Assembly (NCBI GenBank): GCA_028534125.1
Contig: CM052818.1
Span: forward strand, 8,496,001 to 8,560,000
Length of the DNA stretch: 64,000 bases
Source of the DNA: Lama glama
Lineage: Eukaryota
Direction of reading: 5' to 3'
The notes under the pieces were generated by a model. That model ran no database searches, was not told the origin of the DNA, and saw only the letters and a list, made by a program, of their open reading frames with translations. This document shows positions 50,241 through 63,029 of the stretch, in pieces; positions within the stretch are counted from its first letter, which is position 1, and each line of letters starts with the position of its first letter. A program made the position numbers and the translations under genes.

Positions 50241-52827
50241 AACAACTCCAGAGATTCCTCTATTCCCCTGCCTATTTCCAAGCCTGGTGACAGTCCTAGA
50301 ACAAAAACTTCACAAAGTAAATAATCTCCATCTTGGAAAGTAAATTTCTGCCCACCTTAGATAATCTTTCATCAAAATTCTACATACTTAATTCTGAATA
50401 TTTATGACAACTCTAATTCTCATGTACTACAGTGGTAGGTCAGGCTATTTCTCTGGTCTCTTCAAACTCCCTCTAATTATATTTTCATAGCCTCCCCATA
50501 CAATAGAAACATTAAAAGAAAAAGTATAATAATTTAACTTTTCTTATTAACCACAGCAGAAAAGATAGAGTATTTGCAAAATTCTTAATGAAAACACAGC
50601 CATCAAAGAACTTTAGACCTGAAGATATCCTTAGGAGAGCTAATCCAGGTGCAGATAAGGAAACTGAAACAATGAAAGAGTAAATGGCTTGTACGAATAC
50701 ACACTAGTAATCAGTAGGAGAACCAACTCTATGATTTCCAAGTTCAGAATTCTTCACCTAACTGACATCATAGCCAACTCTACCCCTGACTCACACAGTA
50801 GTTAAGAAAATAGTCTTCTATCCTTAAGGTCTTAACACATATGTATATGACACAGAGATCAAAAGTGGGGAAAGCAGAGAATGTGGGCAGGGTTGGATGA
50901 TGGTGAGATCAGATAATTTTCTCAGGTACCCTAATGCTGGTCCTCTAAATGACCTTCTTCAATCTTCAGTCTTAAATCCGGGAATGGTAATAATTAGACT
51001 TCAGAATAAACAAAAATACACTCTGCTTAACAAACTAAAATCCTTTTTTTTTTTTCCTTTTACTAAAAAGAGATGGAAGGTGCCAGTTCCAAAGTTGCTA
51101 GTACACTGCCATTTTCTTACCACTCTAGCATCTCTCCAGTGGAAAAGGTGTAAGTTAGAGCTCTGGCTTTTCGACAGCCTTTCTACAGGGAATGTACAAC
51201 AGAGCTAAGTTAGGGTACTGTAGCAATATCAGTTAGTCCAGCTGTGGAGCTGGCAATGCCAGCTTTATAATGTTTGCTAATTATTATACTGTAAGCAGAA
51301 AACAGGACTAGTAAATTTTACTGGAGAGGAAACCAGGGAAGTACATAGCAGCAAACATGAAGGGGGTGGGGGGGTGTTTCTATTTTCAAAGAGCTTACTA
51401 CAGTTTCTACTTCAAACAGAATTAAAGAATCTGAAGCTGGAAAAAGAATGAAAATTCTAAAACAGTTAACTAAAAATAGCTGTGGTAATAAACATCTAAC
51501 TGTACAAATCCACGGAGACAGTAATTTAGGTTCTTAAGAACTTGATTTAGAAAAAGCACATCATATTGGCAAACCTTAAAACTACAAGAACCCTGATCAG
51601 TTTTTATTCAGAGTAATAGAAAGGATTTCCCTAGAAAATAATTAGGCACAGAGCTACTTAGCTCCTTAGTATAGTTAGGAAAGTCAGGCTATTTAATCAT
51701 TTTGCCAGTATCCTAGTTCAGTTAATGGTAGAAAGGATTAGGTCACATTATTCAGTTCCACTTATACTTTTTTTTTTTCACCTTTTATCACATCACAGAT
51801 CCTTTGGCAGGACCTAGGGAAAAAGCAACATTTCTCGATTTGGGGTACTGACTCTATAAAATGCCTTATTTTCTAATTATTTTGTATCATACCTTACCTA
51901 AAAGACTTGTACCTAATATACAACTAAATACAGAGTAAATATTCACTTGTTACTTCTGATCCCTACAAAATCAGAATATTTCATGGAAAATTTATAATTG
52001 TCATTTAGTTGTTAAATTGATGATTTTCAATTTCTAAGACTGCAACTACCCATATGTTTAAGATGTCACATGTAAAGTCACCTTACAGTCACCAACATCA
52101 CATCCAGAAGGCAAAGCTCTGCAACTATACCCTCCCCTTCTTGATACCATAACACACTGTTAAAGGCTGTAGCATAACCACAGAGCAAGGAAGTAAAGAT
52201 GGTAATGCCATCAAAAAGCTGGTGAGGACTTTCAGGCTCTATTTCCCTCTGGAATTCTTCCACCTCTCTTCGAGTTTAAATTTCTACTTTGAAAACTGGA
52301 TTTAAGGCAGCAGACTATTCTGTCATAATTCTTCTGGTCTATCACAACTTCCCTGCTTTCTACTGTCACATACTGTACTGAAAAATAATTTATTTAAGCA
52401 TACACAAATCAACTGCAGCCTGACAAAATCTTTGTTATAAATGCCATGACTTGAAGAAAAGAGGTGGGGAAGCTGTATATTGTGTTAATTACTCATGGTA
52501 ATTATTTTCTCATTAAAAAATCATTCAGCAGTGAATGCTTTATATATTTAACTTCAGAAATATATATGTACCCAAAGAAAGTTGAACTTCAAATTGAATA
52601 AGGCAATGTGCTTTATTATTACTGTCTAATCTGTTATATGAGTGTCAGTTATAACTTTCAATCCACCAATACGAAAAAGTTAGATGTACTCAGAATCAGT
52701 CAAGATAAATACTAAGCTATATAGATGACCAAAAAAACAAACAAAAAAAACAAACCCCAAAACAAAAAACAAACTAAAAAAACCTGATTACTGTGTAGCC
52801 CAAACTCTTTTCAGAAACATAAAAGTA

Positions 52828-52961
52828 GAGGGGACGGTATAGCTCAAGTGGTAGAGTGCATGCTTAGCATGCATGAGGTCCTGGGTTCAATCCCCAGTGC
52901 CTCCTCTAAAAATAAACAAATAAACCTAATTACCCCCCTTGTCAAAAACATAAATAAAAAA
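52828..52961 (+). mobile_element. Camelid tRNA-Ala-derived SINE (least diverged copy)
   Basis: ggggacggtatagctcaagtggtagagtgcatgcttagcatgcatgaggtcctgggttcaatccccagtgcctcc; perfect 15-bp TSD agaaacataaaagta (52813-52827 / 52962-52976). Confidence 0.94.
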
Positions 52962-53174
52962 AGAAACATAAAAGTAAAAACTAGACAATTTTCTGACCAA
53001 TGGTTGCAGAAATCTGTTTTCCCCCAAGTGATTTCAATGGGACATAGCAGCAAATAATGCATATTTTAAAGGAAAAATGTCAAAAAACAGAAGACTCTTT
53101 CAGGAGAAAACGATGGTTCTAGTCTTCAGATTTAGTGTAACTGATAGCTAATTACAATAGCTGGGGACAAGATT

Positions 53175-53205
53175 TTTTGTTTGTTTGTTTGTTTGTTTGT
53201 TTTTT
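53175..53205. repeat. (TTTG)n microsatellite
   Basis: Direct inspection. Confidence 0.9.
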
Positions 53206-54089
53206 TAAGAATTCTAAAATACCATGGATCTCAAACTTCTCAAGGTTAAAAAAATCTGTTTAAATTTTACAATAGTATCATAATCACTTCTTTCATAGTT
53301 TCTGGAACTGAATTTTATTTAGCTGTTCTGTACAATTTTTAGAACATTTCACACAGACATGAACATAGTATGTATATGCTGTAATAAGCTTAACACACTA
53401 TGGGTTCTCATAAAATTTTCAAAAGAAGTACATCTATAATGTTTTAAGAGAATACCTAATGATTGTAAAATATCCAGCAGGGACTTGAAATAATAAGAGC
53501 ATCACAACTGGAAAAATTAGTCCAACAAGAAATAATTCCTTCTAGAAAATACTGCATTCTGAGAAAAATCAACCTACAACCTCATATATTTGCATTTTAC
53601 CACCTGGATTCAATCAGTGTTTGATACAACATGATAAAGAATCTGGACCTAAAGTAAAAGTTGTTTGACTTTCAAAATGTAATTAAATTAAAAAGTATAC
53701 TTAACTTCAAATATGGGTATACTGAATTGACCTTTAATCTGAAGTTTCACTATATTTCATAATTTTAAAGAAAACAGGTAGTATTACTAAATTATTAAAA
53801 GAAGAAAAATCACTTTCTGTTGATAGCTAAAAACATTCAGGGTCTATTTCTAATGTTCAGAGTTATAGTCAGATTCATCTACCATACTTAGTGGATGGCC
53901 TAATGTTGCTCCTTTCCACAAAAGCTTAAGACTGACTCACTCAGCAAAACTGATAGAAGACCCTATCAGTTTTAGTCTATTTTTTTAGTCTATTTTTATA
54001 GTCTATTTTTAGAACCTTTTCTCATTTGTAAATGTATAAGAAAATATCAAAGGCCCAAAATATAATGCCCCCAAAACTATAAATGTGTG

Positions 54090-54652
54090 CTTTGAAAAAG
54101 ATGATATTCAAGAGTTGAAGCAACTGGACCTTTCCTGTATTGCTGGTGGGACGACATTAAAAGTTAAAAATGAACCTACCATATTACCCAGTACTTGCCC
54201 AAGAGAAAATCTGTGTCCCTCAAAATATTTGTACAATAATAACGTATTTATATTCACAATAGTGATCATTTACTGGAAACAAACCAAATGTTCATCAACA
54301 GATATATAAAATTATAGTATATTCATAAATTAACTACCCATATTTACAACAGCATGAATAAATCTTAAAAACATGTTGAGCAAAAGAAACCAGACATAAA
54401 ATAGTAATACTGTATGATTCCATTTACATGAAATTCAAGAACAGGCAAAAATAGTCCATGATGATAGAAAAATCAGAATAGCAGTAGCCTCAGGGTTGGG
54501 AACTGATTGGAAGAAGACACAAAGGAAAAAGGTGATGAAAATAGTCTATATCTTGATAGGAGTGGTAATTACACAAGTGTATATTGAACAACACTCATAA
54601 AATTATATAATTAAGACCTGTGACTTATGCTGTATGTAAATTCAATAAAAAT
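54090..54652 (+). mobile_element. Old L1 (L1ME/MC-type) 3' end
   Basis: gtattgctggtggga...ctggaaacaaaccaaatgttcatcaaca...atactgtatgattccatttacatgaaattcaagaacaggcaaaa...tgtatgtaaattcaataaaa. Confidence 0.85.
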
Positions 54653-54691
54653 AAAATTTGAAAAGATGTCCTTAATGAAAAACAGACAAAC

Positions 54692-54749
54692 CTTGGAAGA
54701 CTTCCTTCGACTTCTTCTTGTCCAGACTACCACCAGTTTATCTGGTTGC
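54692..54749 (-). CDS. EHBP1: EHBP1 coding exon (58 bp, phase 2/0): (W)QPDKLVVVWTRRSRRKSSK
   Basis: ttttttcttattttgcag|GCAACCAGAT...TCCAAG|gtttgt; peptide recognised as EHBP1 NT-C2 domain; joins in frame to 47200-47295. The upstream ATG exon and downstream exons were not found in the window. Confidence 0.96.
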
Positions 54750-55709
54750 CTGCAAAATAAGAAAAAAATTAAGTATAATTTAAGTTATCTTAAACCAAAT
54801 TAATAAAAGTTAGTTCTAATACTTTTAAAAGGAAAAAAAGTCATCTGTTTTAGATTACATAGAGCAGTTAGACTTATAATAAAGCTCTATGAATTATTCA
54901 TATATAGTGGATGTTGAATACAGATGTGTTCTAATTTAAATTAATATTTCATCTACATGTTCTTCTAAAAATATTGTAGCAAGTTAATTCATTGGGACAA
55001 GCCAAGTAAAATAAAATACTTACAATGGTGACTATTTTAAAAAGAAAAGCACACATACACCTTCTCCAAAGTTTAATACTATACTTCTAACACATTATCC
55101 ACCTTAATTCAGAGAAAATAGCATTAAAATGGTACTCCCAAAATTATTTAAATGTATAGTTTATACTACTTTTGCATCTCTGCATCTTATAAACAATATT
55201 TGTGGTTTTCAAAACATTTTTATAATCAATCATCTCAACTATCTTCATAAAAACAATTTGGTGCTGAAAAATAGGCAAGGTACATACTATTATTTCAACA
55301 AAGTTAAATAACTCATTGAAAGTTCTGGCAGAACCAAGACTGAAATACAGGTTTTCTAACTCTTGGATCTCTCTTTTCTTTGTCTTCTGCCAATATAAAG
55401 TTAAGAACAAAACAAACTCACCTTGTCAGCTAATACAACTAAGTTATCTTTAATGCTAAGAGAAAACATCAAGACTGATCATCAGTTATTTTACTTAGAT
55501 TTTTATTTTTAAAAGTCTTAGATAAAAGCTTTTAAATCAAAAAATGAATGATACACTCATCTCAGTGACCTTCACCACTTTCCTTGTCTCCTTCATTTTA
55601 CCCAAGAATCCTTTACTATTAGCAGGTGGCCTGTCCTCCTATTTCAACAATATACATACATACATTATAAAAGGCCACCAGACATAAACGCCTTACCTAG
55701 TGATTCATC

Positions 55710-56260
55710 TAGAAGCCTGTCCAGAGAGTTGTCTAATGAAAAATTTTACTAAAGAACTGACCCTGAATGTAGTACAGAGAAATGAAAAAATAAAAATACG
55801 TTTAAAAAAGTTAAGAGATACACAAGATAGATTGAGAAGTACATACACCTAATAGAAATTCCAGAAGTTTAGAATAGTGGGAATGGCAGAGACAATTCTA
55901 AAAAGATAAGACTAAGAACATGCCAGACTTGAAGATAGCAGTACTTAGACAGAAAAATATATATTAATGAATAAACAGGGTAAGTAAATATTAATCTATG
56001 TCTACATTCTTTGCAATCAAACTACAGAACAGCAAGAATAAAGAGAAAAATCATAAAAGAAAAGACAGGTTACTAGCAGAGGAATAATTATGCTGACAGC
56101 AACTTACCCTTAGCAACAAGAGCGCCCAAAAGACAATGAAGCTAATGATGTTCAAGTGCTAAGGAAAATAGCTGCCACCCTGGAGTTTTACATTGGCTAA
56201 ACTACCATTTAAGAAATGGCATTAGGCAAACAAAGACTAAGAATTTATAGTGTATATAAC
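55710..56260 (+). mobile_element. Ancient L1M/HAL1 ORF1 remnant
   Basis: ttaagagatacacaagatagattgagaag...ctaatagaaattccagaag...caaactacagaacagcaagaataaagagaaaaatc...ctaaactaccatt resembles decayed ORF1 (LRD..DR, LIGVPE, AKLSF motifs). Confidence 0.65.
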
Positions 56261-57289
56261 CCAGCTAAATATAAGAAGAATACAAGAAGCAACATAAATA
56301 TAGTAAAATGTCAATGCTTGTTCACTTTAGGTGGTAGAACCTCAAGAAAAGCTAGAGGGAAAACAAGAGGAAGGTTCCAATAAACAAATCACTTGTCCAA
56401 GGAGCCATCTAAACAAATGCAACATGTTTCTGATAGTGATAGTAACTGGCATGGTATAAATGGGAAAATGGTGGTTCTCCATCCAAGACTAAACTTGGTT
56501 CCTGAAGGCTTTAAAGACAACAATTGTAAACTAAAACCAGTAGTTTGCTTTGGTGGCTCTTTCCACTGTGAGATGGTGGGTGCAGCAGACAGATGCAGAA
56601 GTGGTAAATTACAGGTGAAACAGAAGAAAGTTTCTATGAAACATCAGAGTGTTAATCTAAGAATCTGTACCAATGGAGAAACAAACAAAACCTTGTTCAA
56701 CACAGGGAGAAGTAGAATAGAACAACTGACAGTGAAGATGGGGAGTAGTATGGCAAGAAGACAATGGAGCTGGGCAGAGGATTTGATCAATGATGGCAGC
56801 CTAACAGTAGAGGGACTGAGTAGCCAACAAGCACAAGCTACCTTGTTTGAATGCATTGGTGGCTTGCTGGACCACTTAATTTTGTTACTAGACTCACCTT
56901 TTCACTATGTTCTCATCTCCACATCTCCAGCCCAACCTCAACTCTTAATTAAATTTCTATGGTACTTTTTTTAGAAATGCTACAAAAATCTTACCGCTTT
57001 TCCTTATTATCCTTCCTGGGCTCTTCCTGAAGGCACTAAATACTGGCATTTGCAGTGTTGAATCTGACAGACTTATTTGACCTAAATAATATTCCATTTT
57101 ATTTTAAATTTAAACTTTAAAAAACATTTCTTTAAACAAGTTCCATGCTGTCCAGATTACCAGAGCCTCCAACACAATCAACTGCTTCATGCCCCACCAG
57201 CTTCATTCTTAAGATGATCTGTTTAGGCCCTGTATGCATCTTACCCCGTGACATCACATATTCCTGAATGACATCCATATTCTTGAATG

Positions 57290-57735
57290 TGGTTTATAAG
57301 GCACTTCACCATCTCCTTTTCTAGCTGTATAACCTGCAAATAACTCAAAGGTATCTTGCTTTCCAACCAATCCCTGAACACTTTGCGTGTTATAACCTTT
57401 TTTTAAAACTTCCTCTTTTTTCTCTCCTTTTCTATCTCATAAACTCTTAATTCATCACTTCTTCTGTGCGACCTTGACCATTTCTCTTTTCATTCCCACT
57501 TCATTCCATGTCCTAAACCTCAGGCAGAGTTAATTGCTCCTTCTATTGTATTTCCATTAATACCCTAGATGTATCTCTATTTTAATATGCTATATACCCT
57601 GTATTTCATTATTTGTTATTATTTCTATCCCCTCTACTAGACTGTGCTCCTTTATCAACCATATCTTATTTATCTTTATATTCCTAGCCACTAATATGAA
57701 TCTGGTACAAGGCTGAGGCTCAATGAATATTTGCT
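57290..57735 (+). mobile_element. LINE-2 3' fragment
   Basis: ctactagactgtgctcc...tcttatttatctttatattcctagc...ctggtacaaggctgaggctcaatgaatatttg. Confidence 0.6.
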
Positions 57736-57854
57736 ACGAGTGAACCTTAAATTTCATCCAGGAATTCCCAGCTGGTTAATTATAATTGATGAGGTCCAAC
57801 TAAAGTCAGTAGCTACATAATACATCCTCTCTGCAGCTTATTTGAGCTTTGCAG

Positions 57855-58025
57855 GCATCCTCAACTTGGCTGCATACTGGAAACTCCAGGGAAGCTTTAA
57901 AAACAAACAAACAAAACTCATGGCTAGGTTCCACTGCTGGGGAATCAGATTTAATTGGTCTGGTGTGCAGATTTTTAAAAAATTCTACAGGTGATTCTAA
58001 CATGCAGCCAAGGTTGAAAACCAGT
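57855..58025. mobile_element. MER5-like hAT-Charlie MITE
   Basis: atcagatttaattggtctgg...caggtgattctaacatgcagccaaggttgaaaaccag. Confidence 0.75.
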
Positions 58026-59349
58026 TTTACAGGAGGAGTGGTGGCGATTCCCATACCTCCTGACTTGACGTATTAGTGAGGCATTAGTTGTGATGGCAGT
58101 GAGGGGGGTCTCCCCTCCACAGTATCGTCCTAGTGCCACCTGTATTGTTGCCTCCTTCTAACTTAGCCTCTCAACACCTCCCTCCCCTCAACCTATTCTG
58201 ATCTCAGTGTTTCAGAATAGGGAAGCCTCTTTCCATAAAAAATAAGGAAAAGTAGTCTACTAACCTATATGCTTGAAGTTCCAAAGCTGTTAATAGAACA
58301 TAAATTGCTTATTTGAGAGCGTCCCCAGAGGTGAATAAACTTCTTCTGTGATTCTAAGTCATGACCAATTTTTAAAATGTCTTACTAGAAATCAGTCCAC
58401 CTTAACATTATCAGGGACAAAGTAAGGTAGAATGTTCTAAAATAAAGAACTGTGCTGTGAGTTATTGGTCTCATAGAAGAATGCCAATAGCCACACAATT
58501 AGTTGATCACAATTAATATTTTAAGCATCCATGCTGTACTAGAAAAGAACAATTAAATACTTACTTACATGCTTCCAAGAGGCCAGGGACAGAGCAATCA
58601 TGAGAGTTTTATTCAGTTACCAAGGAACTTGTAATTATACAACTTTCTTTCTACCAAAACATGTCAAGACAACCTGATGGAGCCCAGGTTTTGAAGAGAA
58701 TTAAACAGTCACATACTGAACATTTCTATCCCATTACCTAAGTAACCAGGTAGCCTTACACATAATACATATAAACACACACATATTTGTATATAGGTAT
58801 TTACATACATAAGCATTTTACATACATATGCATTAAATGTGTACACACTGCCTAAGAAATCCATCTAAAGGGTTCCACTGGACAATTTGGAGCCTTTTGG
58901 TAGGCTTATTTAAGGCAGGAAACTTTACATTTAGAAATAAAAAATTACCTTCTATCCTACCCTTAGAATCCTTAAAAAGTAACAAGCTGAATCTGAAGGT
59001 AGCAAGACTTGTCTCACACTAAGATCCTAATGCTAAATTCTGGAGAGTAGGAAGGATGGGAGGAAAATGGAGTGCAAGAAGAAAAAGATATGAGAGCTAG
59101 AATGAATCAGCTTATAAAGCAGTTAAGTCCTATCTTTCTTTTGTCTGCAACTAAATTTGGGGCCCTTCTCTCTGCCACTAGTGAGCTACTATCTATTAAG
59201 ATAAATTTAAAGAAATATACTTCTGGCTTAAATTTAGACTCCTTTACTCTTTTCCACTCTCTCATGTGTGTCAGGTGTTTGAGGTGAAACTAGAAAAGCC
59301 GTGAGAAAAACCACCACATGAAAATCAGTTTCATTGCTTTCCAGATCCA

Positions 59350-59480
59350 TAATAAGCATTCAACAAATATTTTACCGAATGCCCTTTCCGTTTCTGGCAT
59401 TGTGCTGAGTAATAGAGATACAAAGATGAAAGAAGCCAAGTCTTGATCCTCTGGAAGTCTACAACCTAGTGGAGAGACAA
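59350..59480 (-). mobile_element. LINE-2 3' end fragment
   Basis: cattcaacaaatattttaccgaatgccc...tctggcattgtgctgag...gaagtctacaacctagtggagagaca. Confidence 0.7.
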
Positions 59481-60479
59481 TTAAACCAACCACCCAACTC
59501 CAGGCACAACCTTGGGGAGCACTAAGGGGACAAAAAGACCTTATACAGAGAAGGATCTATTACTTATAAATATCTCAGGAAATATGCACACTGACAAAAA
59601 GAACCTGCCCAACTGCTGAGATCACTTAATTTAGAATTTTCAAAAAAACACCACATAATTTATGACACTTTAAATGAGGTCTGACAAAAGATGAGTGACT
59701 AATTACAGTACATCTGTCTACTTGAAAATTATAGAGCCACTAAAAATATTTTCTAAGAATATTTACAAGCATAGGACAATGCTTGCAATATCGTAAGTTT
59801 ATTTAATACAGATTTTAATTTTCTTCTATATTATGTAATAAATGAAGACACCAGAAAGAAATACCTCAAAAACAGTGGCTACTGTTAGGAAATAAAATTA
59901 CATGTCATTTTAAGAATCTACTTTGTTGTATTTTCTGCAATGAATTTATATGACTTTATGCTGGGGAATTATTTAAATGTAGGAGGAAGTTATTTAAAAT
60001 AAAACAGTACTTTAAGTTTGGAATTAAGTATGGATAGAGTTAAACGAATTAATTTTTAAAATTTCACTGAATTTAAAGAGCTCTCAGCTGAATCAATCTG
60101 TTTTCTGAGTCAAAAGAAGTGGAGGAAGTGTATTCTTTGTCTTCAGTTAACATAAATGTTGTCCATAGTCTGAGCTGGCCATAGGCAAAATCTTGAAAAA
60201 GGCCCCACTTGACTCTGGCATTCCCCTTCACCTGCAGCCCCTCCAATCCCTGAGCCATTCTTCCTTGGGTCTGCCACGTCAATGCGGTACTCCACTACAG
60301 GACAGAACAGTAACAACACGACAGATGCTTTTCAGATCCCTCATTCTCTTCTACATCAATTAAAATCTCCCTTTCTCCAGGGTAAGAATCTTATAAGGGT
60401 AGTAAAAGGAAAGAAATCTGGGGAAACAATTTGTAATAATTTAGGAGACATAAATGTGTAAAAGAAGGCCCCTCAAAGA

Positions 60480-60650
60480 CGACATAGTACAGAGGAGAGA
60501 ATACTAGACTGGAGGTTGGGAAACTTGTTTTCCCTAGTTCTGGCACTTAGTGACCTTAGGAATGCCTCTCCATTTCTCTGAGCCTACTCCCTCACTTATC
60601 AAATGAAGAGACTGCACTAAGATCTCAGCTAGCTCTAAAACTATGGTTCA
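60480..60650 (+). mobile_element. MIR SINE
   Basis: agaatactagactggag...gtgaccttagg...tctctgagcctac...atcaaatgaag. Confidence 0.7.
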
Positions 60651-60869
60651 GTGACTTTAAGAATAAATGACTCAAACTGGTTAAATATTTGGTGTTCTAA
60701 AATGAAACGAGAAATTCAAGACTAGGGTAAAGAATCTGTGGCACAGAGTCCTTTGCCTCCTGTTTCTGACAATCTAGAAGTAGCTAATATTACCACCTTT
60801 GAATAATATTATGAAAGGAGAAATAACATGTTTCAGCAGAGAGTAAATTGACCACCAAAGATTCAGGGT

Positions 60870-61252
60870 CCCTTTCCAAAGCCTAATGTTGAACCTGTGA
60901 GATATTATAAGAAGCCCCTCATCCCCACCCTGCCCAACCACTACCACCACCACCACCATGTTGAGATGGAACTACGTGGTATTTCTCACCAATGGAATGT
61001 GAGAAGTGACTGGGGTCACTTCTGGAGTAAAGCAGAAAATAAATGAGAATGCCTTTTGCACAGCAGCTGAATGGAGAAGATTTCAGAACGCAGGGAGGAC
61101 AGAGTTATACAATGAGAGATGTACAGGCTACTGAAGGACCAATCTCTGGCCAATCAATCTAGAAGATCTTCTCTAGACTGAAAGGTGAGCAAGAAATGAA
61201 CTTTTATTAGGTCAAACCACTTGGATTTTTGGATGTGTCTGCTATAGTAACT
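60870..61252 (+). mobile_element. ERVL-MaLR LTR (MLT1 family) fragment
   Basis: ccaatggaatgtgagaagtgactggggtcacttctgg...gtgagcaagaaatgaacttttattaggtcaaaccac. Confidence 0.7.
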
Positions 61253-62227
61253 CCTCAACATTACAGAAAATGCAAAAGACACACATACATAGCAATAAAA
61301 CAGCTGCTGTCTTGTAGAAGCTTACATTGCAAAGTGCTGAGACCAAATTTAACCTTTTTATGTCCTGTTGATTTCCATATATATGAAATTGATCTTTCCA
61401 AAGATAAAATACAGCTATGCCTCAGAGCTTAGTAATTAATGTTTAGACCCTTGAGCTTTTCCTAAATTAAAAATAAAGAACTGTAAGTCTTCAGAACAGA
61501 AAAAGTCCAACATATTCTTCTCACCACAGAATCCAGGATATCTTACAATGAGAAAAAGAGAGTTGAAAATGCTAACCCCGATGTGAATGTGAATAGGCAC
61601 TTCACTAAATAACAAGGTTATTCCTTTTAGGGGAAAAGGCTCTTAGCCATAACTGAGTATTTCACGGTGGGATGCTGTGAATATTGAAACAAAAGGGGGA
61701 AAATTGTCTTATCACAGAAATACTCTAACTTAACTATTTCTCAAGTAATTATTTTTATCCTTCAGTAGGTACATCTGCCTCCCATTGTACTACTGCTGCT
61801 TGTAGCTCCAGTTAATTACACTCCTTTGTGCTTACTTCACAAGAGTTATTTAGCAGGCTGTAATAATTAATTCAGTAGGAAAAAATTCTACAGTACAAAA
61901 TATATACATAGAATATATTTCTTTTCTGTAAAAATGAAAGGACAGTTCTATTAATAAGATTTAAATCTTTGTCAAATATAAGTATTTTTGTTTTTTCTAA
62001 ATTATATTTTGCATCTTCCCACCATCTTTAAAATATTTTCACAGAGTGATCGCTTTTGGTTAAAAATAAAAATTTAACTGGAGACAGTTATGGATTTTTG
62101 CTGGCAGGGATTCAAATACTTATGTACCAGTATTTAGGAACAGCATTCAAACTGAGGAAGTGCAGAGACACACTTGAGCTGAGCGTACTTTGACAGGCCA
62201 ATAACAACAACAAATAAAGATATGTAT

Positions 62228-62229
<2 letters not shown>

Positions 62230-62263
<34 letters not shown>
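62230..62263. repeat. (CA)16-17 microsatellite
   Basis: Direct inspection. Confidence 0.97.
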
Positions 62264-62265
<2 letters not shown>

Positions 62266-63029
62266 ATATAAATTTTCTGCTATACTATTCAACAGTATAA
62301 AGGGTTTATATTTTTTAATGTAAAGATATTTGAGAGAAATAGCATTATAATCAATCACTGCTGTATCACGTGTGCAATACTGATCTTCCCAAATACTACT
62401 TCCTACTTCCTTCATTGTTTTATAAAATTACCCATAATACTTCCTTTAATTTAGCATATTATTTACTACTTTTTCTTTCTAGTCCTATTTGAACAAGCCT
62501 CACATGTAACTCACATAAATACTAATATTTCCATGTACATGGCTCCCTGGAAGTGAGGTTAGTAGGAAAAGAAAAAAGAGTACATCATTCATACCACTCC
62601 CCAGTCCTCATAAACAATCATATTCTTCATTTTCTCTCAACACACTTTGGTAACTGCTGCAGTTTTGTGTTTGGATGATTACATTTGTTTTGTTTCTGAC
62701 TGAAAGGTTCTCAAGGGATTTTCTGATATTCACAAAGCATTTATTGGGAGGAAGGCAAGGAAACAATACCATGGATAAAAAAATCAAATGAAGGTAGACA
62801 GATCTAGGTTCCTCTTCTTCTGGTTGTATCATCTAAGCCTCAAGATGTTCCTCATCTGTGAAACTAGAACTTCATAGGACCAATGTAAAGATCAGTTAAG
62901 ATACTGCAAATAAAGTGCTTAGATCAGTGCCTGTCCTTCAGCAAATTTTTGAATAATGTTAGCAACCACCCCATGTACATGTATGAAGCTTCCAAAAGCT
63001 TTGTATAGTCTCCCTTTTAAATGTGAACA

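Noticed and set aside
52828..52905. Genuine tRNA-Ala(AGC) gene (also at 42857 and 45592)
   Set aside because: Each copy has a shared non-tRNA tail, A-rich end and TSD, and an imperfect acceptor stem; these are SINEs.
58128..58148. CTCF-like motif (acaggtggcactag on minus strand); similar partial match near 37110
   Set aside because: Key conserved positions of the core motif are missing.
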